A stretch of 62,489 nucleotides of DNA, the filler included, from Globobulimina sp. (Eukaryota), in the NCBI GenBank assembly GCA_003354225.1. It is 24 parts of 24 records of this genome, joined end to end, with 100 filler letters (N's around TTAATTAATTAA, not from the genome) between each part and the next. Parts side by side here need not be neighbours in the genome. Positions count along the whole stretch, not along the records: positions 1 to 2,510 come from PIVH01006258.1; positions 2,611 to 5,119 come from PIVH01006259.1; positions 5,220 to 7,728 come from PIVH01006260.1; positions 7,829 to 10,337 come from PIVH01006261.1; positions 10,438 to 12,946 come from PIVH01006262.1; 19 more parts are not named here. One strand, 5' to 3'. The notes beneath the pieces were generated by a model. The model did no database searches. It saw only the letters and a program-made list of their open reading frames with translations, and had not been told where the DNA came from. This document shows, piece after piece, positions 1 to 11,159 of this stretch (positions are counted from its first letter, which is position 1; every line of letters starts with the position of its first letter). Both the position numbers and the translations under genes were made by a program.

Positions 1-407
1 GCTGTTTTTTTGATTTAACTCAAAGCCAGTCATTTTTTGTATTACACCCACCAATGTTACTCACACAAAGCATGATGAATGAGATTAATAATATAGGATG
101 TTATTTTTTTTTAATTTCGTAATGTCAATATGTGTTTAAAATAAGCAAAATCCAACTCCTAAATATACACTAAAAATAACAAGTACATCACACTAAAAAC
201 GATATAATTCAACACTCATTCAACAATTTCAACACCAAATGCATTTATTTTTAGTTGAAATTGAAATGAATGTGAAATAATGAATTGCACAACACACAAA
301 AACACAACACACGAAACGAAAAACACAACACACTCCGTTATTAACACAAAAAAGAAAAGAGAGTGTGTTCATAACATATAAATTACAAAACAAAAAAAAA
401 ATCCATC

Positions 408-1926
408 TCATTTATTAATTATAGCTATTTTTTTGACAGAATTGTATTTGAATCGATAAACACTATCAAGCACATCATATATTTCTTCAATTGCACCATT
501 AAAGACTCTCAAATATTGCTCTGTATCACGCACTGCTTTTGATGTAAAAAAGTTAACCAATTTCTGTCTATTATAGCTGGATATATTCACTTCATTGATA
601 GCCGTGGCTGAAATGTATTGATCGTATATATTTTCAGCAATACAATGGATATCCACATTATCTGTCGGCGAACAACTATCATACAAACCATCCAAATAAC
701 TAAACGTAACTCCATACACAGTCTTTCTTAAATGTTCCGGACACCATTTATCAGCATACATTTTTTCATCACTTTTCGCCGTATCCTCTTCCATCACAAT
801 CTCAATTTCATTGTCAGATTTCGTTATTTTCTGAGTATTTATTGACAGCAACACCTGCCTAAATACTAACACTTTTGCATAAAATAAAAGATTCTCCAAA
901 GCAAAGCATTGTGTTAAGAATTCCGCCAATTCGTTGTAAGCAGAAACATCACCATTTAAATATTCATACAATGATAATCGTTTTTGTTTAATTACAGGCA
1001 CAGTGTCAGATATCGCACTGTTGTTACTACGAGGTTTAGGTTTCAATATCTTGGAAGGTGTTAAACTGCCGTCGTGTCTGTATATCATCCATAAAGGAAC
1101 CACAATAACCAAATACGCAGAAAATAACGCTGATTATAAGATTTTTATAGTATAAAACATGTACAACAACACACGACATACTTGACACAGTATCCACAAA
1201 ATAACCAACTACTAATTTAAAGATAGGTGGCATTGATACGAGTATGAGCTGTACAAAAATCATACCAATCACAAAATATGTCTCTCGAATACAAAGTACT
1301 GCGTCTTTGACCTTTCTTGCTTTAATAACAAGAAATATGCCGATACATATGGCGATGATCCAGGATAATAAGAATAAAAACGTTGGAATGACAGCTGTTG
1401 AGGCAGTTGAGTTATCTGCCAATGACAACGGAGTGCAAATAGACACGATAATGACTAAAAGAACAAGGATTGTAGCTATGGTTAGTACCAATCGTTTGTG
1501 ATAAATGATATAAAAAGAACCACAAAATTTGTACATTGTATGTGTTGTATCCTGCACAAAATCAGCTGACAAAATGATATTTGTTTTATTTTTGAGAGTG
1601 TATCTTGTCATCTCCCATGCATCGTAAATTAATAATGTTCTCCAAAGAATAGCTGAGCAGTATGCAAATGCGGTTATATTAGCGATGGTATTACAGATTG
1701 CGAATAATAATGTTTCTGCCTTGAGATTCAAAAGCAATACGTTCAATGCAGTACAAAGACCACAGAGAAGCATACAAATTGAAGCAAAAATTGAAACTGT
1801 TGGAAATCTCGCAGACATAAGAAAATGCTGTCGTAATGCATGATATCTGTGCCAGAGATAAGGCAATAAAATGATTGATGTGGTTGCTATTACTATTGTA
1901 ATAATGGTCCATCCTGAGATTGCCAT
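408..1926 (-). CDS. 7-transmembrane protein with C-terminal RGS domain; one 52-nt intron at 1130-1181
   Basis: About seven hydrophobic helices, then RGS motifs 'LAEFLTQCFALENLLFY' and 'IYDQYISATAINEVNIS'; GTATGT...ATCAG intron joins the two ORFs in frame (DTVS-T-LFSAYLVIVVPLW). Confidence 0.88.
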
Positions 1927-2610
1927 TGTACTCTGAAATTGAGAAAACTTCAAATAGATAACAGTCGAGCAGTTTATCGGTTATCTTAAAGTAGTTAATT
2001 ATATCGTAACGTTAATAAAAAGAACGTACCAATCATGTACAAAAAGCAGATAATTATAACCTTTACATAATAAAATAACAACCAAAAAAGAATATAAAAA
2101 AATATAATAATAAAGATATTTTTCTTTGCATGTTAACAACAACATCATTAATAGCAGCAGCAATATAATCAACATTGGATGAAGCATGAATTACATTTAG
2201 AACAATTATATGCGGCCACAACAACATTTAGTGTATGATTTGATAATTTTGTAATGTCAAAATGTGTTGCATATGCAGCAAATGTAGGATCTGGGACTGG
2301 GTTACTAGTACTTGCTGCAATGATTGGATTGATTGCTTCTTTTGCCTCCATGCTTTCTCTTGTACAGTTTGTATTCACTTTGCAAACCCAATTAATTTTT
2401 GCTTCCTGTGAAATGGTTTTTGATTTCTCAAAAGATGTTTTCAACTGTTTGGGAGTTGATAGACTAGCTCACTTCTTACCTTTATTGCATAGATTTGTCT
2501 CTTCTTTAATNNNNNNNNNNNNNNNNNNNNNNNNNNNNNNNNNNNNNNNNNNNNTTAATTAATTAANNNNNNNNNNNNNNNNNNNNNNNNNNNNNNNNNN
2601 NNNNNNNNNN

Positions 2611-3710
2611 AAATGCTGCCATTTTATCCTTTTCCGACATCAAAAACATTGTTAATTCAAACATCCATTCCTTGTAATTTTCAATATACTTTTTATACTG
2701 CACTTGTATAGAATACATTATTGCAATCATTAGCCATGCATTGACAATCAAAGCACCCACTTCAATTTGCCATTCTTTATCGCGCAAAGTTATAAATGTT
2801 TTTTCGCGCAAACCGTCAGATGGATCACCAACAAATATGCGAGTTAAGCCTGGAATACATCCGTAAAAAACCCCTAACATTACTATAATTAAAATATTTA
2901 AACATCCTAATTTTAGGTTTTTATTTTTGTCAATCGATGATAAATAGCCTCGTAAAAACTATTGATATTAAACCAAAGAATGTTGCCACAAAAACTTTAC
3001 TAACATTCAAAAATTTACTTTACTAAATTAAGGTAAGTTAATCATGGCAGCATTCTTTAGTTGCAACACACAATGAATACCTTATAAGCACTGGTCGTTC
3101 GATCAAAATTCTCCCCGAAGTATAGTTTGATGGATCTTAATCTTGTGAGTGGAGGTAAATGTGGTTTTATTTTAGATTCATATGCAATCCATAAAGATAA
3201 TAATATCCAAATCACACAATATAATAACAGCGGGCCAACAGTTTCCATTAAAGATACTCTCAAATCTTTACCATTTGCATTAAATCCAATGTATACATTA
3301 TAAATGCAAATAAAGTATAAAATACAAATCCAAATTGCTAATACTAATCGTTGTATTTTCTGCGAACATGTTTGCCTTAAAAACCATTTCCTATCCTTCT
3401 CAATTTCCGGGTCTTGATTTGGTTTCCTTCCAATTACAAGACCCATAAAATCGAGTAATATGCCATCATGAATGTCATTATATTTATATTTCTTTGGATA
3501 ATAAAAGCCGCCTTTATTGCCTTCAATGTACAACAAAAACGCAAGCGATTGCAATAAAATCACAATCGGCAAAAACATTCCACAGATTATGGAAATCATA
3601 AATCGTTTCCAATAAAACGTACGTCCGATACTAAAATGTTTCGATGATAAAATCGGTTCAAACCCTTTATCTTTTGGTAAATTATGAACTGGAAATAATT
3701 TAATTTGATC
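2611..3710 (-). CDS. Polytopic membrane protein exons (3081-3710 and 2611-2958, intron 2959-3080); 3' truncated; possibly the C-terminal part of the upstream Ras gene
   Basis: Several hydrophobic helices; phase-0 GT-AG intron gives SAYK|FLRGYLSS...MLGVFYGCIPG; exon starts after a T-rich tract and AAG. Confidence 0.7.
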
Positions 3711-4050
3711 CTTAACAAAAAACATAATATTGGTCAAAAATAGTTATTCCACTCAACAAAAAACATGAACTGCGATGTAAACGTTTTTACTCAGTCTGGA
3801 GAGCAATCAATTAATATTAAACAATAACACTCCAACTGATAATATATAGAATGTTGTTGCTGAAAGATACAACATATTGCGCTCAAACATAGTTTTTATA
3901 TATTGAGGAAATCAAAACGCTGAGAAAAAAATCTTTACAATGCAGATAATGTAAAAACGTTATTATTCCTAAACGTTTTTGCAATGGATTCCAATTGCAA
4001 TTAACTGAATATATTTCATTAAAATGCAATCTGAATCCATTCAAAGTGCA

Positions 4051-5059
4051 TTATATATCACAGAGTTTATCAACAAGTCGGACCTTATTAGCAATATCTG
4101 AGCCAACTGAAAGCTTAGGAATATACACTTCCTTATCTCCATCCAACCCATTCACTTTCTCCTCGGCCGCCTCTTCCTTGCTTTCATATATATCATTGAT
4201 TACAATCTCTGCAATTTGTTGCAACTGATCGTCATTTTCTTCTTCATTTCCCGCATCGTCCAAAGCATTCAAAATCTCTTTCTCATCGATATGGATGCCC
4301 GGAATGCTCTGCATCTCGCACTCCGTACTGAGTGTACTGACGCGTGTATGACTCGATTTAGTTTTAGTGCCAAGTCCAGCAAATGCAGAGGTGCTTATAA
4401 TCTCATCCATTCTATGATTTCTATCCAACGATTCTTTCATATCTTTGGACTCTAATTTGGATTTCACACTACTTAAACATGTACAGCAACAAACATCTGT
4501 GCCAGCGACTGGATTTGCAATGGCGCCACGTTCCGAATTTAACGAAAACGTATAATCTGTTCCTAAGCTTTTAATGTATTCACTGTATACTTTAACCACT
4601 TCATCCCACAACAAATCTAAATTGTTGTTGTTCTTTGCGGATACTTCGATATATTTGCAGTTGAACTCTTTGCTTAAAACGGCACCATCTTCGTGGGTGA
4701 AAGTTCTTTGATCCTCAGAAATATCACATTTTGTGCCTACTAAAATAATGGGAGTGTTATCGTCATCTTTTATTTGCAGTATTTTATCTCTTAAATAACG
4801 ACATTGGTCGTATGGTGTTAATAGATCAGGCGCAGAGGACTCTTTTTCTGAATTTACAGCATATATTAAAATGAAGATTTGGCCCTCTTCCATCCATTGT
4901 TCTGACATAGACGCATATTCCTTGAAGTGCACAGTGTGTAGGTTGCAAATTAATTTGTTGTATAAAATATATGTGTATGTACCTCATGGCCTGCGGTATC
5001 GAGTATGTCTAACAATACAGGCGCATCATCATCAACTACAATCAATTTACGGTAATTAT
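4051..5059 (-). CDS. Ras-family small GTPase with long C-terminal extension (5' truncated; intron 4921-4982)
   Basis: Spliced reading NYRKLIVVDDDAPVLLDILDTAGHE|EYASMSEQW; G4 'LVGTKCD'; G5 'IEVSAK'. Confidence 0.9.
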
Positions 5060-5312
5060 CTGGGATTATTTGTTTTATTTTATAATTAGTGTGTTGTTAT
5101 TTTTAACAAACGGTGATTGNNNNNNNNNNNNNNNNNNNNNNNNNNNNNNNNNNNNNNNNNNNNTTAATTAATTAANNNNNNNNNNNNNNNNNNNNNNNNN
5201 NNNNNNNNNNNNNNNNNNNATAAGAAAAAAAATAATAAAAAAAAAAAAAAAAAATTAAATAAATCAGTAAAATTAGAAATAAACTGTTTTCGTAGATAAA
5301 ACATAAATAATG

Positions 5313-6493
5313 TTATTTTTTTATAAAATTTCCTTTTCTACTTTGCCACCAACACAACGCGGCTGTAACAAATATGAATACAATCAAAACAGCCCACAAA
5401 TTACCAATTGTTGCATTACTTAAATTAATTACAACCGTTCCATGATAACTGCCTTCATTGTCATCATTAATATTGTTCTCCAAAATACTTCCTGCTGACA
5501 CTACATCATACATATGATACAATGGACATTCACCAAAACTCTCACATGCCACACATGGCACTGACAGGGGATACACAGCTCCACTCTCAACACCACTGCA
5601 TTTCCATGCGATATTATACGAACCCTTCAGCGTTATATTTGTATATATTACAAAATACAAACTGAATATATTATGTTTATTATATTAAATACCTCTGAAT
5701 TAAAAACAGCAAATTCTGAGCCTGCACCACATTCTTCGCCTGTTAATAACAAATCTGTCCAGTCATTAATACGTAATTCACCGTCCCATACAATGTCAAC
5801 AGTTACAGATAAATCACCTCCTCCAATAAATTGCTCATTTGCAGTATCATACCATCCAAAACATGCATATCCTCCGCCATCTTCTGCAGTATCAGTTATT
5901 CTATCCACCTCAATACAGGCATCAACCCCTAAATCTTGACAAATAGATCCTAAATCTTGACTTACTGCGTAAAAAGGCGTACTAATTTCATCCCAGTTTG
6001 GTGTTTGTGAAGCCATAAAACATTCACGTTGAGCTGAATCGGAAGTTTTTGTTAAAATATTTATTTCATCATTTATTACCAATGAATATTCGTTTGTTGT
6101 TGGATTATATCTTAATTTTGCGTCTGTTTGCGTAACACCAATTACTTCCTCATTGAACATATGTGCATCAAGTTCTGTTTCATAAACACCGTCTTCACTC
6201 TCAATACCCTCTGTACTCCGCCCAACAAGATATACATAATCAAATATTGCATCTCCACCGAATATACGGTGGGCTGCCATATATATATTGCCATCTGAAC
6301 GGGTGCAAATACTGAGACTTAGTTGTGAGGAAATACTAAATTCTCCATCAAAGCTAATACTTGCAACTTCTAAACTTGATGAATCATCGGAGGATATGGA
6401 TGAATCGTCGGATGATGATGATGATGATTGTGCAATGAATGTCATACACCATATTAATAACAACATTTTGATATTCATTAAAACAAATCCCAT
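5313..6493 (-). CDS. Type I membrane/surface protein (signal peptide, Ser/Asp tract, C-terminal TM); intron 5625-5692
   Basis: Hydrophobic N-terminus; phase-0 GT-AG intron (NSE|GSYNIAW); C-terminal helix followed by basic tail. Confidence 0.75.
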
Positions 6494-6697
6494 TGAGTTT
6501 GTTGGTCGCTTGTTGTTAGTTTGTATTTCAAACTGGAGGGTGCGAAAAAAGTTTAGTAAAAAGTTCAGTAAATTTTGCAGCGAAAAAATCCTTTAATTTT
6601 CATGTTTTCATCTAATATAAGATTACAGTACTGGAATTTCAGCAATTGTTGTCCTTCCATACTGGTGTACGGTTGGAAAAGGCCGCTGCAGTTATAA

Positions 6698-7228
6698 TTA
6701 TCTTGAATTTATGTTTTCAAAGTTGATTATTTTGCTTTTTGATTTCTTTGTTATTAAAGGTATCTTTTCCTGTTTTGATTTATTTCTATTCCAACAGAAC
6801 CAACACAATCGGCCCAAAACAAGGGCGAAATTCAACACAAAAATAACCAAAACCGAGATATTTGTCAGTGAGGACCATGCACAAACATCACAAGTATTTG
6901 GTGGAGAGTCTGCCATAAACAAACTGCAGCCGCCAAAAATTGATGCAATCAATCCGGACATTGTCAAATAACGGGAAAATATCAACATTCCTTTTTTTGT
7001 ATGCCATGCTCCGACATAAAAAAGAACAATTAACAATATTTGAACGTAATATCCAAATGTAAAATTTAATGATGCCAAAATGAATGCAGCCTTCCAATAA
7101 TCAACACATGCATCACAAACAATTGACTTCTCGTTTCTAAGAATGGCAGCCGGCACATACAAAAGACCCATGGCTACCAAAAAGACTATCAGCATGAAAA
7201 AAATACGAATTAGCACATAGGGTATCAT
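6698..7228 (-). CDS. Small four-TM Cys-containing membrane protein
   Basis: Four hydrophobic segments with CxxC motifs in the loops. Confidence 0.6.
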   Translation of the reverse strand: MIPYVLIRIFFMLIVFLVAMGLLYVPAAILRNEKSIVCDACVDYWKAAFILASLNFTFGYYVQILLIVLFYVGAWHTKKGMLIFSRYLTMSGLIASIFGGCSLFMADSPPNTCDVCAWSSLTNISVLVIFVLNFALVLGRLCWFCWNRNKSKQEKIPLITKKSKSKIINFENINSR

Positions 7229-7289
7229 GGTTGAAGTATATGTTTTACACACAAAAAACTTTTAGTTCTAATCAACTGCTTGGAAATTA

Positions 7290-7728
7290 ATGGGTTGCAT
7301 TCAGTATCAAAACAAGTTAAATAGTCGGGATTCCGATGACAGTGACACAGATTATGGGGATAGCACAATTGGATCGGATTTAACTATGAGAGACAAAATT
7401 AATATAATCATTAATTATTGGTTCATGACCGAAACAAAACGATTTAATAAATTTCCCGATGACATAATGACTCTGACCATCGAGAAATTTGTATATCAGA
7501 GATCCTTTGAATTTGAAATGAATAAATGTTCTGTTAAAAAACAGGAAAGTTTCGAATTTAAAATATGTGTAATTGGTGATAAAAATGTTGGAAAATCATG
7601 TATTATCTCACAATATCACCCCAAAAATTATATTGATTTAAAAAAAAATGTATATATAAATATGAAAAAGATTGAATTGCAAATAGCTGAGACATCCAAC
7701 AGGTTTACCTCACTTTACCCCACTTTAC
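7290..7728 (+). CDS. F-box-like N-terminus plus Ras/Rab-like P-loop GTPase (3' truncated)
   Basis: N-terminal MGC; 'IIINYWF...FPDDIMTL' motif; 'FKICVIGDKNVGKS' G1 box. Confidence 0.7.
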
Positions 7729-7828
7729 NNNNNNNNNNNNNNNNNNNNNNNNNNNNNNNNNNNNNNNNNNNNTTAATTAATTAANNNNNNNNNNNNNNNN
7801 NNNNNNNNNNNNNNNNNNNNNNNNNNNN

Positions 7829-8590
7829 AAAGATTTGATTGAATTCAAAGAAAATAAAATTATGATAGAACAGTAGTTGAGTTATTATAAAAACATGTTA
7901 TCGAAAGAAAAAAAAGAGCGTGAAAATCGCGAAGCGTTTCTGGAACGACGATTTTTATCCGAACGAGAACGACTAAAGAAAGAAATGTTAAATAAAATAC
8001 GCGAAACTAAGCTAAGATTGCTCTCAATGACAGAAGATCAGTTACATACAACCACAAAAAGAACAATCATGGAAAATGAACAGATGACAATTGAGCTGCA
8101 ATACCAATCGAAAGAAACTCAAAAATTGATCAAAAAAACAGATGCAAAAACTAAGAATTTAAAAACACTTAAACGACAAATTAATTTGCATAAAAGTACG
8201 GAAAATATGCTCGCGAAAAGGACTTATTTTCTGCAGAAATTAGTGGATCAGTTACATGCACAAATTAAGAGAATGAAACAAAATGAGAAAGAAAATAATC
8301 CAACAAATAACAGTGACGGTAATTGCGAAGGACATATAAATGCAAATGATGACAAAGTAGATGATGAGAATAATAATATTAACAATGAAATGAAGATATT
8401 ACTACAAGACGCTGAAAAAAAAGGTTTTAGGAAATCCGAATTGAAAATTAAGAAATTGAAAAATAAGAATAAATTATTGAATCAACGATTAATGGAAGCT
8501 CAAAAAACTTTGGCTCGATTAAACCTACAAAATACAAATGATATAACCTCAATTTATAAGACAAATTCAGAAAAACGTTTGATGAAATAA
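7829..8590 (+). CDS. CFAP157: Cilia/flagella-associated coiled-coil protein CFAP157-like, partial; TAG at 7874-7876
   Basis: 'ERERLKKEMLNKIRETK...TTKRTIMENEQMTIELQYQSKET' matches my recollection of CFAP157. Confidence 0.7.
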
Positions 8591-8857
8591 TGTTTGAATA
8601 TACGCATTTCCACCAACATCGAATAAAAAAAGGTGGGAGCTGAGTTTCCGACTTATTTCCCATTTGTAAAAAAACAACAATATTTGATCATTACCGATTT
8701 ACCGACCAGAAAACATTTAAAATTGTTATTGAGTGTGTTGTTTTTGAGCTGATATTTCACGCGTTTGAAATAACCATCCTATACTATCTTAAATTATATC
8801 AGCGAAAATCCGATAAATTATACAGTAACGTTTTTTTCGAAAAACACCAATGCCCAC

Positions 8858-10096
8858 ATGATTGTCGACAAGCCATCAGTGATAATGCAGCAAATGAAGG
8901 CATCAACGAGTATACAACGTCGTAATATATTATTCAACGCAGCTATCAACGACTTCAGACCTCCAACCAGTTCGAAAGATTCATATCGTTTCGTAGCAAT
9001 GTCGTTTTTGACAACAACAATGATGATCGCAGAAATGGCAACGGCCATAATCACCGGTTCATTAACATTATTATCTGATTCCTTACATATGTTATCTGAT
9101 TTGCTCGCATTATTCATTGGCTTTGTAGCGCACAGAAAAGGCCATTCTTCAAAAAAAAATAAAACAGATCACTTTATGGTGGATATAAAATATGAGACTT
9201 TAGGCGCATTAATTAACGGCACAGTGCTGTTAACCTCGTGTTTTATAATGGCACTGGAGGCAATTCAACGTATTGGCTTTGAGCACGACAAGATTGAAAA
9301 TGTCAACTTAGTGCTAATGGTTGGCGGCCTGGGACTTCTTATCAATATTATCGGTTTATGCATATTTGGCCATCATGGGCATGGAGGTCATGGCCATGAT
9401 CATGGAAACGATGGACATGCACATCATCACGAGAAAAATCTCAATATCCATGGCGTTTTCCTGCATATTTTATCAGATTTGTTCAGCTCGATAGCTGTGA
9501 TAACCTCGGCGTTGATTATCAAATATACGTCGGGTTGGTGGGATATCTATGTCGATCCGGGCTGTACCTTAATCATAGTAACGTTGATAAGTCGCGCAGC
9601 GTATCCCATGATGAAGCAAAGCATCACCATTTTATTAAGCAAGTCTCCGCTTCACGGCGATATTTTAAATCAGATTGAAAAACAGTTAAAAGGCATAAAT
9701 GGCATATTGAATGTTCACGAATTGCATTGTTTTGAGGCGAAGCCTGGTTATTATATGGCCACTGTTCATTTAATTATCGATGTGGATCATGAATTGATGT
9801 CGGTTAAAATGAGTATTGTTGATCAGTCGAAAGAGATATTACATAGAAACGGTATCCATTCGTCCATTGTACAAAGCGAGTTTTCAAAGAAGAGTAATAA
9901 ACAATGGTCAGAGTCAGTCAATCCATGTTTTGATTATGTCTGTAATCAAAATGAATGTATTCCAAAAGGAATTGTATTATCCAATTCTTTGGCTAATTTG
10001 AGAAAGGGAGATGGGGATGAAACGGATGTGCATATCGCACCAAATCAAGCATCGCATCTACTTGACGTCGATTTATCTCTTTATAACAAGATTTAA
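8858..10096 (+). CDS. Cation diffusion facilitator (SLC30/ZnT1-like) zinc transporter
   Basis: 'SLTLLSDSLHMLSD' TM2, His-rich loop, 'NIHGVFLHILSD' TM5, 'VHELH' and 'HSSIVQSE' C-terminal domain. Confidence 0.95.
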   Translation: MIVDKPSVIMQQMKASTSIQRRNILFNAAINDFRPPTSSKDSYRFVAMSFLTTTMMIAEMATAIITGSLTLLSDSLHMLSDLLALFIGFVAHRKGHSSKKNKTDHFMVDIKYETLGALINGTVLLTSCFIMALEAIQRIGFEHDKIENVNLVLMVGGLGLLINIIGLCIFGHHGHGGHGHDHGNDGHAHHHEKNLNIHGVFLHILSDLFSSIAVITSALIIKYTSGWWDIYVDPGCTLIIVTLISRAAYPMMKQSITILLSKSPLHGDILNQIEKQLKGINGILNVHELHCFEAKPGYYMATVHLIIDVDHELMSVKMSIVDQSKEILHRNGIHSSIVQSEFSKKSNKQWSESVNPCFDYVCNQNECIPKGIVLSNSLANLRKGDGDETDVHIAPNQASHLLDVDLSLYNKI

Positions 10097-10437
10097 TATC
10101 AGAAACATTTTAGACTGTACATGTGTTGTTTTGTATATATATACGCGTACATGTTAAAAGTTGCATTTTTTTGATGGTTAAAAACTTTAATGCAACTTTT
10201 CATGCACTAGTATCATAACAACAATACAATAATTATTAATTCAACAGTTTAGCTGCGTGATATTTAACTTTTTTGGCTTTTTTTGCTTGGTCTGCTTGTA
10301 TGAAATTATTTGCATTGATGTCCCACTCCCAGCCAATNNNNNNNNNNNNNNNNNNNNNNNNNNNNNNNNNNNNNNNNNNNNTTAATTAATTAANNNNNNN
10401 NNNNNNNNNNNNNNNNNNNNNNNNNNNNNNNNNNNNN

Positions 10438-10537
10438 GCTGTGGGTGATGGTGAATAATGATGATGGTGATGATCGTGCTGATTATGATGGTGATGATCG
10501 TGCTGATTATGATGGTGATGAATGTGTTGCTCTCTAA
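10438..10537 (+). CDS. 3' end of an unknown gene with a 24-nt tandem repeat (DGDDRADY x2), ending CVAL-stop
   Basis: Frame LWVMVNNDDGDDRADYDGDDRADYDGDECVAL* open from the contig edge; CaaX-like end. Confidence 0.4.
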
Positions 10538-11159
10538 TCTGAATGTTTGCAAATTAAACAACAATTGGCTCAAAAACATTTCATAAACTTAACATAATAT
10601 CGATCGTATGATCGCTTATCAATATCATGTGATCTATTATCAGTATGTGCATGTTCGTACGTATTGCCATGTCGTACATATGCATTTACTTGTCCAGATT
10701 TATCCATGTTATTATCACCATTAATTGTCATGTCAGCTACATTAAAATCACGTACATTCATGTTCTAGGGAATGGATGACTAGCTCACTTCGTGAAAATC
10801 TTAAAATCAGAGGCATTCAATTTAATAGAAAAAAAAGAAATTGACACATATATGCCTACACCAACGACATCTTCTTTCCGAGAATTCTGTACCCATCAGT
10901 TTTGCAAGAAAATGCGTTGCTGGAACGAAATGGATTGTGGAAAGGGATTTGTCCGTTGCTTATCAAATTCGATTCGATACTGATAAATTCCCATAAAACT
11001 GGGTAATGTATAAATGATTTGATTTTTTTTGAATTGTTCCTGTTTTCCTCTGAATTAACTGTACCCACTGGCAATAGCCAACAATTTGTTACTAATAAAT
11101 AAAACTTAAAAAAACAAAAAAATATTGTACTGTCAAGTATTAGTATGCTACAATGTACA

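Noticed and set aside
1999-2510. Short ORFs on both strands
   Set aside because: No recognisable motif or consistent frame; cannot be supported as genes
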